64,000 nucleotides of DNA from contig BCGN01000008.1 of NCBI GenBank assembly GCA_001599295.1, forward strand, positions 558,001 to 622,000, given 5' to 3'. Below, piece after piece: positions 34,971 through 47,176 of the stretch (positions are counted from its first letter, which is position 1; each line of letters begins with the position of its first letter). Source of the DNA: Sporopachydermia quercuum. Its lineage: Eukaryota. The translations under genes were made by a program, and so were the position numbers. The notes under the pieces are model-generated. The model had not been told where the DNA came from and ran no database searches. It saw only the letters and a list, made by a program, of their open reading frames with translations.

Positions 34971-36896
34971 ATGTTAAATGATGAAGTACCAAGGGGCAAA
35001 CGGTTGGCTCAAATAGGGTGTTCAATTCTATGGTGTCTACTATCAGCAGGACCAGTGTTCGGCTTCGCAGCATTGAAACCAGTACTGATAGCAGAGAAAG
35101 TGTATGGAGAATATTGTACACCTAAAGAGATTGAAAACAATGTCCCAGTGTGTATTGATCAAGATCTAAAGCTCAATTATATGTTTACTATAGCAGCAGT
35201 GATAACCAATGTTGCCGCTTTTGTTATTGGTAATATTCTTGATAATTATGGACCAAAAGTTTGTGGGCTAATCGGTGCAACATTTATATTATTTGCATCA
35301 ATAATTCTATCAAATGCTAAAGAAATTATATTTTTTGATCCATATTTGATTGGTTATGCTGTGCTAGCCTTGGGAGGGCCATTCACTTTTATTTCATCCT
35401 ATCATCTTTCTAATTCATTTCCTCTTTATTCAGGAACAATTCTTGCCCTTCTAACAGGAGCATTTGATACTTCCTCGGCTGTTTTCTTAGTCTATCGAAT
35501 AGTATATGAGAAAACCGTAGGTGGAATTTCACTTCACGATTTCTTTACTATTTATACAATAGTTCCTTTGTTTATCTACGCTGCTGAAGTGTTTATTATG
35601 CCATCAGAAAGCTATAAGACCACATCAGATTTAAAGAAGCTTGGTGACGAGAATATTGAAAATTTAGTAGAAGAGATTGAAAATGAACAGCAAGCGTTGG
35701 AAAGACCAGCAGCGCAAGAAATTGATTCAGAAAGAAGATCTTTATTGGGATCTTCCAGTCTCTATGAAGGATCTACTCCTAAACACAAGTCAATTGCAGG
35801 ATCCCTTCATAGAGTTGTTCATATTCCAGAATCTTATGGATCTACCAATTATAGTACATTTGCTCCGACTCCGTCTTTCTCTTATGTGCATTCCCCTGCA
35901 ATCAATACCAGTCGGAGAGTTTCTTATAGTACAGGTGCAGGAGGAAGTCCTGTTGCTATCAATAAACATTTAAGCACAATGATAGATAATCTTCAAGGGT
36001 TTACAGGTACTTCTGACGTCAATGCTGTTGCTGATGATGAGTTTATTGCTACTGTTTTAGAACAAGATGAGAATAATGGCATTTCATCTAACTTCGCAGG
36101 ACCTCAATCAAGTGCAAGAACTTCAGCAGGGCCAATAGATCTTTCTGATAGTACGAGAGTTGAAATTTCAACTAACGTTGCACCTGAAGATCAATTGATT
36201 CAAAAGAAAATCACAGAATATGAACAACAAAAGGATCAACAACTGATCAAATTCTCTGGCGTATTTGGAGTTTTACATGGTAAATCATTAAAAGAGCAAT
36301 TTCTCACTCCTTGGTTCTTTCTAATGTGTCTTTTCACAACTATTCAAATGCTTAGAATTAACTACTTTGTTGCTACTATTCATTCTCAATATCTTTATAT
36401 TCTTGGTACTGAAGAGCTAGCAACTAAAGTTAATAGATTTTTTGATGTTGCTTTACCCGTTGGTGGTGTATTTTCAATCCCAATGATTGGCCTGCTACTT
36501 GATAACTTTTCCACAATTACAGTACTTACTGTGCTTTTATCTAGCTCACTTATTATTGGTATTTTGGGTATGATATCCAGTGTTTTCTGCGCAGAACTAG
36601 GTATAATAATCCTTGTTTTATATCGTCCATTCTACTACACAGCAGTATCAGATTTCTGTGCCAAGGTTTTCGGATTTGATACTTTTGGAACAATCTATGG
36701 TACCATAATCTGTTTCTCTGGTTTGATGAATTTGACTCAAACATATTTAGATGCTGCTACTCATGATATGTTCAATATGAATCCTTTACCAATAAATGCC
36801 ATGCTAGTAACAGTCACTGGTATTCTAGGTATCTCATTAATTGTGTATGTAAGTATTGGTGCCAAAAGATGGGCCAAAACAAAACTAGAAAATTGA
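34971..36896 (+). CDS. FMP42: MFS transporter of the Fmp42 / SLC43 (LAT3)-like family
   Basis: AGPVFGFAALKPVL, QDLKLN, GAFDTSS, QMLRINYFVATI, RPFYYTAVSD, FGFDTFG; about 12 hydrophobic segments with a long central Ser-rich loop. Confidence 0.85.
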   Translation: MLNDEVPRGKRLAQIGCSILWCLLSAGPVFGFAALKPVLIAEKVYGEYCTPKEIENNVPVCIDQDLKLNYMFTIAAVITNVAAFVIGNILDNYGPKVCGLIGATFILFASIILSNAKEIIFFDPYLIGYAVLALGGPFTFISSYHLSNSFPLYSGTILALLTGAFDTSSAVFLVYRIVYEKTVGGISLHDFFTIYTIVPLFIYAAEVFIMPSESYKTTSDLKKLGDENIENLVEEIENEQQALERPAAQEIDSERRSLLGSSSLYEGSTPKHKSIAGSLHRVVHIPESYGSTNYSTFAPTPSFSYVHSPAINTSRRVSYSTGAGGSPVAINKHLSTMIDNLQGFTGTSDVNAVADDEFIATVLEQDENNGISSNFAGPQSSARTSAGPIDLSDSTRVEISTNVAPEDQLIQKKITEYEQQKDQQLIKFSGVFGVLHGKSLKEQFLTPWFFLMCLFTTIQMLRINYFVATIHSQYLYILGTEELATKVNRFFDVALPVGGVFSIPMIGLLLDNFSTITVLTVLLSSSLIIGILGMISSVFCAELGIIILVLYRPFYYTAVSDFCAKVFGFDTFGTIYGTIICFSGLMNLTQTYLDAATHDMFNMNPLPINAMLVTVTGILGISLIVYVSIGAKRWAKTKLEN

Positions 36897-37922
36897 TTTG
36901 AACTCAAATATTTTCATCATGTTAATAGTCTAATATTCCCTCATTTTTTCATTTATATACTCGTGATAATGTTTTATTTCACATTAAACTTGTAGATATA
37001 AAAAACTGGTTTTATCTCCATTTTATCTGATCCAAAGATACGGAAGTAGAATAAGGTTGAATGATTTATGCAGGGTTCGTGTATACAATTTAAACCTTAT
37101 TAAATAATGCATTTGCTTCATGAACTTTTGATGAGCTAAAGAAAAGCAAATAGAAAGCCTTATTGAGTAGTTCAAGAACAAGACGGGAAGACAATATAGG
37201 CCATATTTAGTTTTTGAAAAGAACGCTTTCTATANTGCATAAAAAAAAAGATTAAATAAATAAATAAAAAGCAGTTTTCTCCAATAAAATCACATGTTAA
37301 AGAATGCTTTAGAAGTGTGACATTATTATGTNTGTATCCTTCCTGTATCTTACACATCATTAAGAAGTGAGTCAATTGAGAAGTTTCCTAAACACGCCAC
37401 GCTATACAATAAGTCTTACATTTTGTTCAAATCCTAATCTCATACAGCTAAACGAATTACTTGAGATCAATATATACCAGCTTCAATTATATATCCCCTT
37501 CCACTTCTTCAGTAAGTGTAACACCGATGTAATCAAATAACAAACCAAGGCATGCACTGTCCTGCATTCTCATGCGGTCCGTTAAAGTCTAACACCAATC
37601 TCGAAACTTACAACAAGTCACTAACTCAATAATCCGGCAGATCTATTCTGTCTATCTATCCTCTTCACTAGTTCCATTGCAATATTATATTCTTTGGTTC
37701 TTGGTTCAACCATAGAACAGGAAATTGACTATTGATAATAGATANATAATTGATACTATCATTGTCTTCTCATTATTTCCTTCTTGAAATTTCGCTATTT
37801 ATGCTTCAGATGGCTTATTGATTAGTACCATATCAGTTATTCATTCGTTCACTTAGATCCAAACCATTGATCTGACATTGTCAACGTACCAGCTAGTTTG
37901 ATATAATATCAGTAATTTGATC

Positions 37923-40154
37923 ATGAGCACAGGTTCACCTTTGGTTCAAGAAAAAAGAGGACAGTTCCAGCCGAAAGCTATATTTATATATAGCCAATTA
38001 TTTCAAGGATCAGATACTTTGGATGAAGGCTTCTGGAATGAGTTTTTTTTGATGAAGTATCATAAACCGTCCTTGATAGCAACGTTCAAATACCTAACAG
38101 TTTCTGATTTACTCGAATACTCCGCTAGAACAAAGCAATTGTTTTCTCATGGCGTAAAACTTCTAAAAGATAATGAAAATGATCTTCTTCTGCAGAAAAA
38201 CGTGTGTGATATTCTATCAGTGTTTCTTGAGTGTGTGTTCACAAAGAAGTTTCATAACTTCAGCTCAGAGTTGATTTCAATTTTATCAGGGTTCGAGAAT
38301 GTTGATAAGGTGTTTCCTGGGATCTTAAGCCAATTAAAAAGAATTCTGAGCACTAGCATCAACAATAAAGAACAAATAGAAGGTCTTCTTTCCAGCTCCC
38401 TAATAGAACTGTATAATTCAGCTACAAATCTGTTACTCATAATTATAACAGGAACATCAAGTTCAAGCCTTATTTCTTATTTCCTTACTGTTGATATGTT
38501 TGCAGCGTTAATTGCAACAGCCACTTTTCAACCATCATGGAAATCAGTTGGTGGTGATCCTTTAATTCAGATCAAAATTAAAGCCCTTATCAGTTTAGGA
38601 ATCCTGGGTAGTAGCAATAAATTCGAATCATCAAACATTTATCAGCAACAAATAGGAAGTTTACAAGATGAAACCATTATCAACACCATTTTGTACACTA
38701 TTTCTGAAGTATTACATTTTTCCTGGTATAATTATTCCTTGCTTCCCAATCAGAATCAAAATTACTACGATTACTATACAAGTAAATTGTCATTCAAAGG
38801 TCTGGCTTCTCTAATGGGGATTACTCTTCCTGATGCAACAATTAATGATCTAAAACCAATATCACATCTGATTTCTGACAATACACTCACTATATTGCAA
38901 ATGAAAGGCAAAGAGCTTCGAGACAGAGATCTGCCTGTTCCAGAGATTAGTATACTGCTATGCTTATATGAATTCCTCAACCTAAACATAAGATTTCTAA
39001 AGCAGTTTCTAGTACTGAAAGAGAAATCTGTGAACGATCCCAAAAATGATTTAGAACTATTGCAACAAGTTCCTTCACCGATTGTCTTGTTTATTTCGTT
39101 CACTTCTTATTTATTTCAATTCCAATATAGCATTGATAGAGCATCTTTTTACAGTCGATTATGCCTACTAATCTATAGATTGTTTCTCGATGATCACTCT
39201 GGACTACGGCAATCATCGCGATTGCTTATTGATGATCAAACAAGAAGCAGGAAAATAAGGATATGCAACTATCATTTGCCTGCTATTGCTGAAGTTCCCG
39301 TAGAAATTCCTGGACCTGATTATCCTATTCCTTCAAACTCTAAAGTCAAATCGCGTTATTTGATGGAAGGTGTATTAGATACTTTACAATGTGGACTTCG
39401 CTATAATCAGACTACTAAAAGATTCGATGTTAAGTTTTATAGTCTATTGTATGATGATCTTTATATGGTTGGAATCATTTTAAGAAATAATCATTATGCT
39501 TTGATGTACCATTGGGATCAACTATGGCAATCATTATTTGGATTTATTAGCTATATTCAATCCAAACTGAAAAAATTCAGAATGAAGCAAGAGAATAATA
39601 ACATAAATGAAAATGAAGCAGTTGAAGATTCAGCTGATCAACAAATCTTCGGTTCACTACAAATTTCTTATCCAAATGATCAACAATTAATTCATATAAT
39701 CAATTATACGTTTAAAATTATTGGATTCTATATAATATTTGGAGACACATTACTACCTGAATCAAACCAATTTGATGATCTGGTATATAAGTTAGTTCAA
39801 AGCAATGATGTTGTCGATAAACTGTGTGAATGGAAAGAATTGTACAATAAATCGATTTACCTTCAATTTGCAAATTCTTTGATAAAGCATTACTTAGCAG
39901 AGAACGAAATGCCATTAAATAAAGATAAAGTCATATCTGCTGATCAAATGTTGTTATTGGTGAAAAAAGGTTATCAGTCTTTATCATTTGACACTTTATC
40001 GCATGAGTTGAAAGGCTCAACTAAAGGGAGATCGGCTGGCTGGTTTTCTGCTTCTTTTGAATCTTTACCAAGATATAAGGAAAGTAATGAGAGGTTATTT
40101 TTCAAACAATTAGAAAAGTTGGTTGAAGGTGATTCTTGTGTACTATACGAGTAA
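37923..40154 (+). CDS. ARMH3 / C10orf76 (DUF1741)-like armadillo-type protein
   Basis: First ATG at 37923. IYSQLF, FWNEFFL, NKFESSNIY, YHWDQLWQSL, FGDTLLP...FDDLVYKLV resemble the ARMH3 family; recognised from memory. Confidence 0.75.
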   Translation: MSTGSPLVQEKRGQFQPKAIFIYSQLFQGSDTLDEGFWNEFFLMKYHKPSLIATFKYLTVSDLLEYSARTKQLFSHGVKLLKDNENDLLLQKNVCDILSVFLECVFTKKFHNFSSELISILSGFENVDKVFPGILSQLKRILSTSINNKEQIEGLLSSSLIELYNSATNLLLIIITGTSSSSLISYFLTVDMFAALIATATFQPSWKSVGGDPLIQIKIKALISLGILGSSNKFESSNIYQQQIGSLQDETIINTILYTISEVLHFSWYNYSLLPNQNQNYYDYYTSKLSFKGLASLMGITLPDATINDLKPISHLISDNTLTILQMKGKELRDRDLPVPEISILLCLYEFLNLNIRFLKQFLVLKEKSVNDPKNDLELLQQVPSPIVLFISFTSYLFQFQYSIDRASFYSRLCLLIYRLFLDDHSGLRQSSRLLIDDQTRSRKIRICNYHLPAIAEVPVEIPGPDYPIPSNSKVKSRYLMEGVLDTLQCGLRYNQTTKRFDVKFYSLLYDDLYMVGIILRNNHYALMYHWDQLWQSLFGFISYIQSKLKKFRMKQENNNINENEAVEDSADQQIFGSLQISYPNDQQLIHIINYTFKIIGFYIIFGDTLLPESNQFDDLVYKLVQSNDVVDKLCEWKELYNKSIYLQFANSLIKHYLAENEMPLNKDKVISADQMLLLVKKGYQSLSFDTLSHELKGSTKGRSAGWFSASFESLPRYKESNERLFFKQLEKLVEGDSCVLYE

Positions 40155-40964
40155 AACTATAGACGATGCGTTTGAATATTCATATAGTTAATGTGCAATT
40201 ATTTGCTATTGAATGTATTGCTATGTTGGCTTATTGTAAAGATTCTAAGTAGTGGTCGATATGATATCTGAAGTACTACAAATAATATATAACAACTAAT
40301 AAGAATTGACCGAAATTGTTCATCATATGAACAACTTGCGATCGATAGAAACGGGTTCTCGTCAGATCTGCGAGGGAATTGTTCTATTTACTTGATTGAT
40401 GATATCCATTAAGTTCAATGAATATAAGCTTCAAGTCCGTTAACTGAATAGCAAACATATTAGTGATAATAAATCTGTGTTGAGACTATGAATTATTGGG
40501 AAAGTGTTATGTTCACTGATCTATTAATTTATTTGCCTATCCATTATTTCCACATGATTGGTAAAAGAAAGGTTGAATATGATGGTGAAGCTAATGGTTT
40601 TGAAAAATTGACGAATCCTTTGGACACTCTGTTTGTTATTTCTATGATCTTGCGTGACTGATTCTTAACGGTAAATACATATTAATGTTTCTGACGCGAC
40701 AGTAGGCGAAAATCGTAATCAGCTAGTTTATATTGTTGATACAATGAGAAATTAGATAAAAAAGGATTAGAAAATACCATAAAACATTGATACAAAATTC
40801 AAGGCTAAATCGTCAAAAGAATATTGGGAAAATAATAATCCAGAGCAGATAACGAACCAGTTCAAATTCCACATTAATTAACATATGTTTTTTTACCCTA
40901 CAGAATAAATACATGACAATAAAACATACAAATAGTATAGCTATATAACTCCAATCCCAAAATT

Positions 40965-41783
40965 CTAGACTTTCTCTTCATTTGATACTACTTCTTGCTT
41001 ATCAGATTGCAATAAAGATTCTGCAGTTTCATTGTAAGAGTCTTCTGCATTTCTATTCTTATTCTTCTCTTCCATTTTGATAACGATATCAAGGAACCTA
41101 TGAAAAGCAATAGCAGCAAAAAAGATTGTTACAGCGCCAAAAGCGACTGCTCCATTAAAAGTGAAATTTTCAGATTGACAAATAGCTTCACGATACATTG
41201 AGACTCTTATTGATTTATTGTCATCAATTAAATTTCTAATCATCTCCCCGTTTTTCCCACCGATGAACATAGAAGGAATAGTAATTTCATAGTTTAATTT
41301 TCCCGCATTCATCCTAACTAACTGCTTTGAATCATTATAATCATGAATGATAACTGCTTTAGCTCCAAGGGTTTGTAAATAGTATACTTTACTTATGAAC
41401 TGACACATTCCTCTGGAGACAACAATAATTTTATCTTTAACATCAACTGAGATATCTGCACTCCTTTCATCATTAAGACAGCCATACCCATCAAGGTAAA
41501 CTAATTCACCAGACAAGAGATTTTCTCCATCAACTGAAGTAGGAACTATGGGACCAAAAAACCCTTGTAGTCCTAATACTGTGAAACTGCGAGGTTGGTT
41601 ATCAATAGATGTATCGATATGAATAAACACTTTGTGATCTTGATCAAACGATGAACCAATTGGCCTTGCATTATTTACCACAAAAAGAATAGTGGAGACA
41701 ATGTACAAGAAAACCAGTGATTTAATTACAAGAGCAATGATACTGGATTTCTGTAAACCTGTTATCTTTTTCAAAATGTTCAT
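40965..41783 (-). CDS. PA (protease-associated) domain membrane protein, no RING or peptidase domain
   Basis: FGP, GC, IIVVSRGMCQFISKV..LQ..GAKAVII, TIPSMFI PA-domain motifs between two hydrophobic helices; first ATG at 41783. Confidence 0.8.
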   Translation of the reverse strand: MNILKKITGLQKSSIIALVIKSLVFLYIVSTILFVVNNARPIGSSFDQDHKVFIHIDTSIDNQPRSFTVLGLQGFFGPIVPTSVDGENLLSGELVYLDGYGCLNDERSADISVDVKDKIIVVSRGMCQFISKVYYLQTLGAKAVIIHDYNDSKQLVRMNAGKLNYEITIPSMFIGGKNGEMIRNLIDDNKSIRVSMYREAICQSENFTFNGAVAFGAVTIFFAAIAFHRFLDIVIKMEEKNKNRNAEDSYNETAESLLQSDKQEVVSNEEKV

Positions 41784-42445
41784 AGTTAATCGATTATTAA
41801 TTGGAATGCAAGTGATACTGATAATAGTTGATTTAAGTCGTGATATGAGCTGTTGAAACAATTGAATGACTATTTTCCTTCAATTTAGATTGACTTGAGA
41901 TATACTTTAGACATATTTTTGCGATAAGAAATAAGTAGCTGTTTAACTGGTAGTCATGATACGAATGCTCCATACAGATGCCCACAGTCAAAGCCTCTTT
42001 TTAAAGAAAAACAAACTACAATGGAATGAGATAAAAAAAAGAAGAAACAGGGGCACTCACAATAATAGGACAGTCAGATGTTAAGCTCAGAACTAATAAA
42101 GCTTGGTACTGCAAGTGAAACGTTAAAAGAAAACTTAATTCTGGTCTAACTTGATTGGTCCTTGGTGAGATGAGATTAAGAGTCGAACTTATGATGTAAT
42201 CATTTAATCATCAGCTTAGTGTCCAAAATCAGGTGTATTTTGTACATATCATTATTGACAAGTTTGACNGAATAAATCAAATAACGTATAATCATGGAGT
42301 ATAATTTGTACATAATAATCTTTATGAAAGGTTGAAGCTACCAGTTGACAGAGATAAATNATTGCCATTGGTAGTTCTAGCAAAGAAGTTTGCTACTTTT
42401 TTGTTAGATTATTACTGTTTTTGGCTAGGAGCAGCTTTCCTAACA

Positions 42446-44481
42446 ATGTTGAGAGTTACCAGTAGTTGCTATCAACCAAGATGCCAACTGATCTCATCAT
42501 TGCATAATAGTTCCACCAGGAAACAATGGAGAATTATACCGCAGTTTTTCAAACAGCTTTGGACTGTTCAGAACTGTCAATTCCATCAACAAANTGTTTA
42601 TCTTTCGAAAGCGGGGAAAAGTAAGGTCAAGAAAAAAGTCAAAGCTAAATCAGGCTCCTCAAATAACTGGTTGAGACGAGCTCAAAATGATTATTTCTCA
42701 GTTGAAGCTAGAGAACTTGGATTCAAATCTCGAGCAGCATTTAAACTACTTGAGCTAGACGACAAATATGAGCTATTCAAGCCGGGGATGAAAGTGTTGG
42801 ATCTGGTAAGTTTGATCTTTTTTTGCTTTATTGCTTTGTTGGACGTCCCTTTGATGATCAGACAGTAATAATATCTCATTTACTTAGTATTACTGAATAC
42901 ACTCTAACACTATCAACAGGGTTTCGCACCAGGTGCTTGGACTCAGGTAGCAGTTGATAGAACATTACCTAATGGATTAGTATTAGGTGTTGATATTTTA
43001 CCTTGTGATCCCCCTCTAGGAGCTTCTGCTATCCAGGGTAATATGCTCAGTAAAGCCACGCATGATTCGATAAAGGATTTTTTTTATACTCATGATATAT
43101 CGTCACAGAAGAAACTAAATGATGAAAAAGCAAGAAAACAAGAGAAAGAAGACGAAGAAGAAAAAGATAGAAATAGCCTATTGGAATTGGAGATACAGAG
43201 ACAAAAAGAAGTAAAAACTTTAGCTCAAAACCAGGAAGAGAAGGAAGGGGAAATGACATTGCATGATAAATCTGTTGATCCATTTTTTGGAGAGTTATTT
43301 CATGACTCAGTTGACGATTCTATGTCACTACAAGCAACATATGGGACTTCTTTTGAGACTTCAAATGATCTCCATCAGGAATTACTAGAAAGCTCATTCA
43401 TTAAGAATACATCACCTGTAGATTCTATATCGTTCAAAGATGATACTAAGACTTTCAATATTGTTGAAGAACTGCTGCAACTAGAATCAAGCGGTGTATT
43501 AGATTTTGGTAAAGAGAATAAAAAAGTCATGAAAGCTTTACTCCAAGAAGTATCAATGTATCAAAAAGCTAATGAAAAGCTACCGAAAATGGTGAAAGAT
43601 AGAGTGATTGCTATTATACTTCGATATTTGGAGCTTCTAACGTCGCGAATCAAAGAAATACCCGATGGTGATGAGAAAGATGATCTAATAAATTTATTCG
43701 ATGATTTTGATTATTGTTTGAAATTTTCAATTCATCAGCATTCAATGAATGTGGCTATGGAGAATGGCGAATTATATAATAGTGATTCATTTTGGAGACA
43801 TGTAGATAGCATGACTGACCCTGTGGATTTATCATTAGAGGATATAGAAGTTTTTTCATCAAGGCCTCCTATATCTGGACCTCCTATACCTGAATCTCTT
43901 GTTCCATCCCCTACCTCACCTGATCCTAAAGAAACTCCAACAAAGATCTCAAGCCCAAAAATTAGAATCCCCATTAACAAAGCTGAGAAGAAAGCTTTAA
44001 GTCAACAGCCTGTTGATATAATTCTAAGTGACATGTGCGAACCGATTCGATCTCCTCCTAAATACTCTTTCACACAGACAATTAACCTCCCTTTTGTTAG
44101 GTTAGCGAATACCTCAGGCATTGATTTCAAAGATCATTTGACAAGCATTGTAAGTATCACTTTCTGTAATTGACTACTCTTAGTAACCAATATTATTCGT
44201 TATTTGCTAGTCAAGATTATATGAATATTCACTAATATTACTACTAGGATTTATGTGATGCTGCATTAGTCGTGGCAATCGATTTATTAAAGCCTAATGG
44301 ATCATTTGTGTGTAAATTCTATTCTGGTAAGGAAGATAAGTTTTTAGAGAAGAGATTGAAGAAAGTGTTTAAAACTGTTCATAGACAAAAGCCTAGGGCT
44401 TCCAGGTCAGAATCTCGGGAAGTATATTTTATAGCATTAGGGAAGAAGGCCAAGGTTAAACAACAAGATGTTTTTTCTTAG
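42446..44481 (+). CDS. MRM2: Mitochondrial rRNA 2'-O-methyltransferase (FtsJ/RrmJ family); exons 42446-42805, 42920-44149, 44248-44481 (607 aa)
   Basis: WLRR...D, SRAAFKLLE, VLDL|GFAPGAW, GVDIL, IILSDM, SI|DLCDAAL, GSFVCK, KPRASRSESRE. Three track ORFs join in frame through two GTAAGT introns. Confidence 0.9.
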
Positions 44482-44557
44482 TTATTATATTATACTGTAT
44501 ATAAAAATGTAATATAAGTGATGATATTTAATTCAAGCCTTTTAAAGTAACGCACAC

Positions 44558-47176
44558 TTATGCTTCCTCTTCCTTCTCCTCCTCTTCCTCCTCATTTTCT
44601 ACAGAATCCTCTGCTTCTTGTTCTTCACCCTCTACTTCTTCTACCTCTTTGTCTTCCTTCTCTTTCGTTTCAATCTTCTCCACGGGATCATCTAAATCCA
44701 ATAACACTTCAGGCACGGCCTTAGCAGCTGCCGGGAATTTATCCAAATGCTCGACAGGATCCAAAACCCTTTCAGCAAACTTCTTCAAAGACAAAGACTC
44801 CAGATCAGTTTTCCATTGATCAACAGCATTCTTGGTAACGTGAATATCGCCACTATAGGTTAAAGAGAATAATGAAGCTTCAGGATGTCTACCAGTTCTA
44901 GTCAATAGTTTACCACACGAAGGAACATCACCAATTGACCACAAGGCAGAAAATGCCAGATTATATTTGCCAGCATCAACAGCTTTATCAGCTAATTTCT
45001 TCAAAGCTTCAACATCATTAGTAGAGGAGTAAATTATCAACAATGATTCTAAATCATTGGCATTTTCTAATGATTTCACAGCTAAACCTAATTCCCAAGC
45101 TGCTAATGCTGCATCACCTAGTAACTTCCATTTATAATCTAGCGATGATAAACCTTTACCAACAGCAGCTTCCTCAACGATCTTCAAAGCAGTTTGTAGT
45201 TGTTCGATTTGTAAAGCAAGTTCAAACTTGTGTTCTAAATCTGTTGTAACTTCTAATGCAAGTTCTTTATAGCCTTGAGCTTCCAAAAATCTTGCAATTC
45301 GTGTTCGTTCAGATGGAGGAATATCTTGCAATAATTCTGAAGCAGCTTCAATTTCACCTCTTAGAACAACTGTTTGATATTCTAAAACAGCTAGGGATAA
45401 ATGATAAGAAGAAACATTGGCATTTTTGTCAGCAACATAGATTCTATTGTCTCTTGGTAAATATCCTAGTAAATACATTGTGGAATCGCCATGAGCAATA
45501 TTGAAAGATTGACCGCCAACCAAATAACTTAGTTTATTTGTAGAAGTTGTGTAAATAAAGCAATCACCAACCCATTCACCTGATCTGATAGTATCAGGCA
45601 CAGAGTATACTACTTCAAAAGCATCTTCAACACCTTCTTCAGGGTCAATGGCACTTGATGCAGCTGCTTGAGTGAAAGCATCTCTATCAAAACGCAAAAC
45701 ATAGGATTCTTCGTCGGCAGCAATAAGTACTAATTCACCGGAGGCAGACCAGAAAACATCTTGAGCTTCTACGTCGATTCTTCTGACTAAAAGACCAGAT
45801 TCCCAATCGAAGAATGAAACAAATCCATCCCCACGAATACCTAGAAGTGTACCACCATAGATTTTTTCACTAGCATAAGAGAATCCAATAAGACCTGTTT
45901 TCTCTTTGAAATTTTTAAAAACACGAATTGAAGAGGCATTTTGACGAATAGCGTATTCATTAGAGTCTTGGGCCCAAACAAAGTCTAATGCTTGACCATA
46001 ACTTTTATTTCTCCATGCCAAAGATGTATATATAACATATTCACCATCACCAGTAACAGCAACAAATCTACCATTAGGAGAATGACGAAGAGTAGTAGGG
46101 AAGATTTCTACAGAGCCTAATTCCTTTTGAGCTAACGGAAGAACTTCACCATCTTTATTATCTGATTCAGTATCTTCGCCTTCGCCAGCTGGTTTGATTA
46201 CACTTGCGAAGACTTCAGAATTCTTAGCGAAAACAATCTTACCAGTAGGGTCCATTGAAATAGCAGGTTCTTCTTTACCTAATTGAAGTACAACATGACC
46301 AGCGTCAAAACCAATACCAATCAAGTTAGACCCTTTTCTGAAAGTAACACACCAAGCACGTTCATAACCAAGATTCATTGATTTTTCAAGCTTGTAAGTA
46401 TTAGCATTCCATAATTTAATTGTAGAATCTTCAGCACCGGAAACAATCAAAGGAAGCTCGGGATGGAAAATTGCAAATGAAACGTTATTAGTGTGTCCTT
46501 CTAATGTAGCAACACACGCTTTTGTTTGATAGTCCCATACCTTGATAGTACGAGAATCAGATGATGTGATAATGTAAGGTTTGTCAGAATGAGGATAATA
46601 TTCAACAAAATTAAATCCTTTAGTTTCATTAGATTCCATAGTGAAATTTGGAACTGATGATGATAATGACCAAATTTTAATGGTTCTATCCAAACAAGCA
46701 GAAGCAAAAGTATTTGGATCTTTAGGATTAATAGCAATACTCATAACATAATGAGAATGTCCTTCATATGTTTGATCACAGTGCCAGTTCTTTTCCCAGT
46801 TCCATAATTTGATAGTCATATCATCTGAGGCAGTGAGAACAAATGGTTGAGTAGGATGAACACAGATTGCACGAATGTAGTCAGGATGTGCCTCAAATTG
46901 AGTAACTTTCTCTCCTGTGTTATAATTATAAACACGAATTTGAAAGTCATCAGATCCAACTACAACCCAATTCTTACGAGCGATGAATCTACCAGCTCGT
47001 ACAGGTACATCTGCAACATCAATTGTTTTAACCACTGATCCTGTCTCATATGACCAAATTTGAATACGACCACTATATAATGTAGTAAGAATCCAGGGTT
47101 CTGTTGGATGGAAGTCCACCCCTTTCACGCGATCTGTGCGGGTTTGAAACAGCTTTTTCACTTCATCGACCTTCAT
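44558..47176 (-). CDS. SEC27: Coatomer (COPI) subunit beta'
   Basis: DRVKGVDFHPTEPW, FEAHPDYIR, WD40 repeats, alpha-solenoid, acidic tail. Confidence 0.97.
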   Translation of the reverse strand: MKVDEVKKLFQTRTDRVKGVDFHPTEPWILTTLYSGRIQIWSYETGSVVKTIDVADVPVRAGRFIARKNWVVVGSDDFQIRVYNYNTGEKVTQFEAHPDYIRAICVHPTQPFVLTASDDMTIKLWNWEKNWHCDQTYEGHSHYVMSIAINPKDPNTFASACLDRTIKIWSLSSSVPNFTMESNETKGFNFVEYYPHSDKPYIITSSDSRTIKVWDYQTKACVATLEGHTNNVSFAIFHPELPLIVSGAEDSTIKLWNANTYKLEKSMNLGYERAWCVTFRKGSNLIGIGFDAGHVVLQLGKEEPAISMDPTGKIVFAKNSEVFASVIKPAGEGEDTESDNKDGEVLPLAQKELGSVEIFPTTLRHSPNGRFVAVTGDGEYVIYTSLAWRNKSYGQALDFVWAQDSNEYAIRQNASSIRVFKNFKEKTGLIGFSYASEKIYGGTLLGIRGDGFVSFFDWESGLLVRRIDVEAQDVFWSASGELVLIAADEESYVLRFDRDAFTQAAASSAIDPEEGVEDAFEVVYSVPDTIRSGEWVGDCFIYTTSTNKLSYLVGGQSFNIAHGDSTMYLLGYLPRDNRIYVADKNANVSSYHLSLAVLEYQTVVLRGEIEAASELLQDIPPSERTRIARFLEAQGYKELALEVTTDLEHKFELALQIEQLQTALKIVEEAAVGKGLSSLDYKWKLLGDAALAAWELGLAVKSLENANDLESLLIIYSSTNDVEALKKLADKAVDAGKYNLAFSALWSIGDVPSCGKLLTRTGRHPEASLFSLTYSGDIHVTKNAVDQWKTDLESLSLKKFAERVLDPVEHLDKFPAAAKAVPEVLLDLDDPVEKIETKEKEDKEVEEVEGEEQEAEDSVENEEEEEEKEEEA

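Noticed and set aside
42332..44481. Fragmented MRM2, ERG7, SAR1 and kinase ORFs as pseudogenes
   Set aside because: All breaks are explained by canonical in-frame introns.
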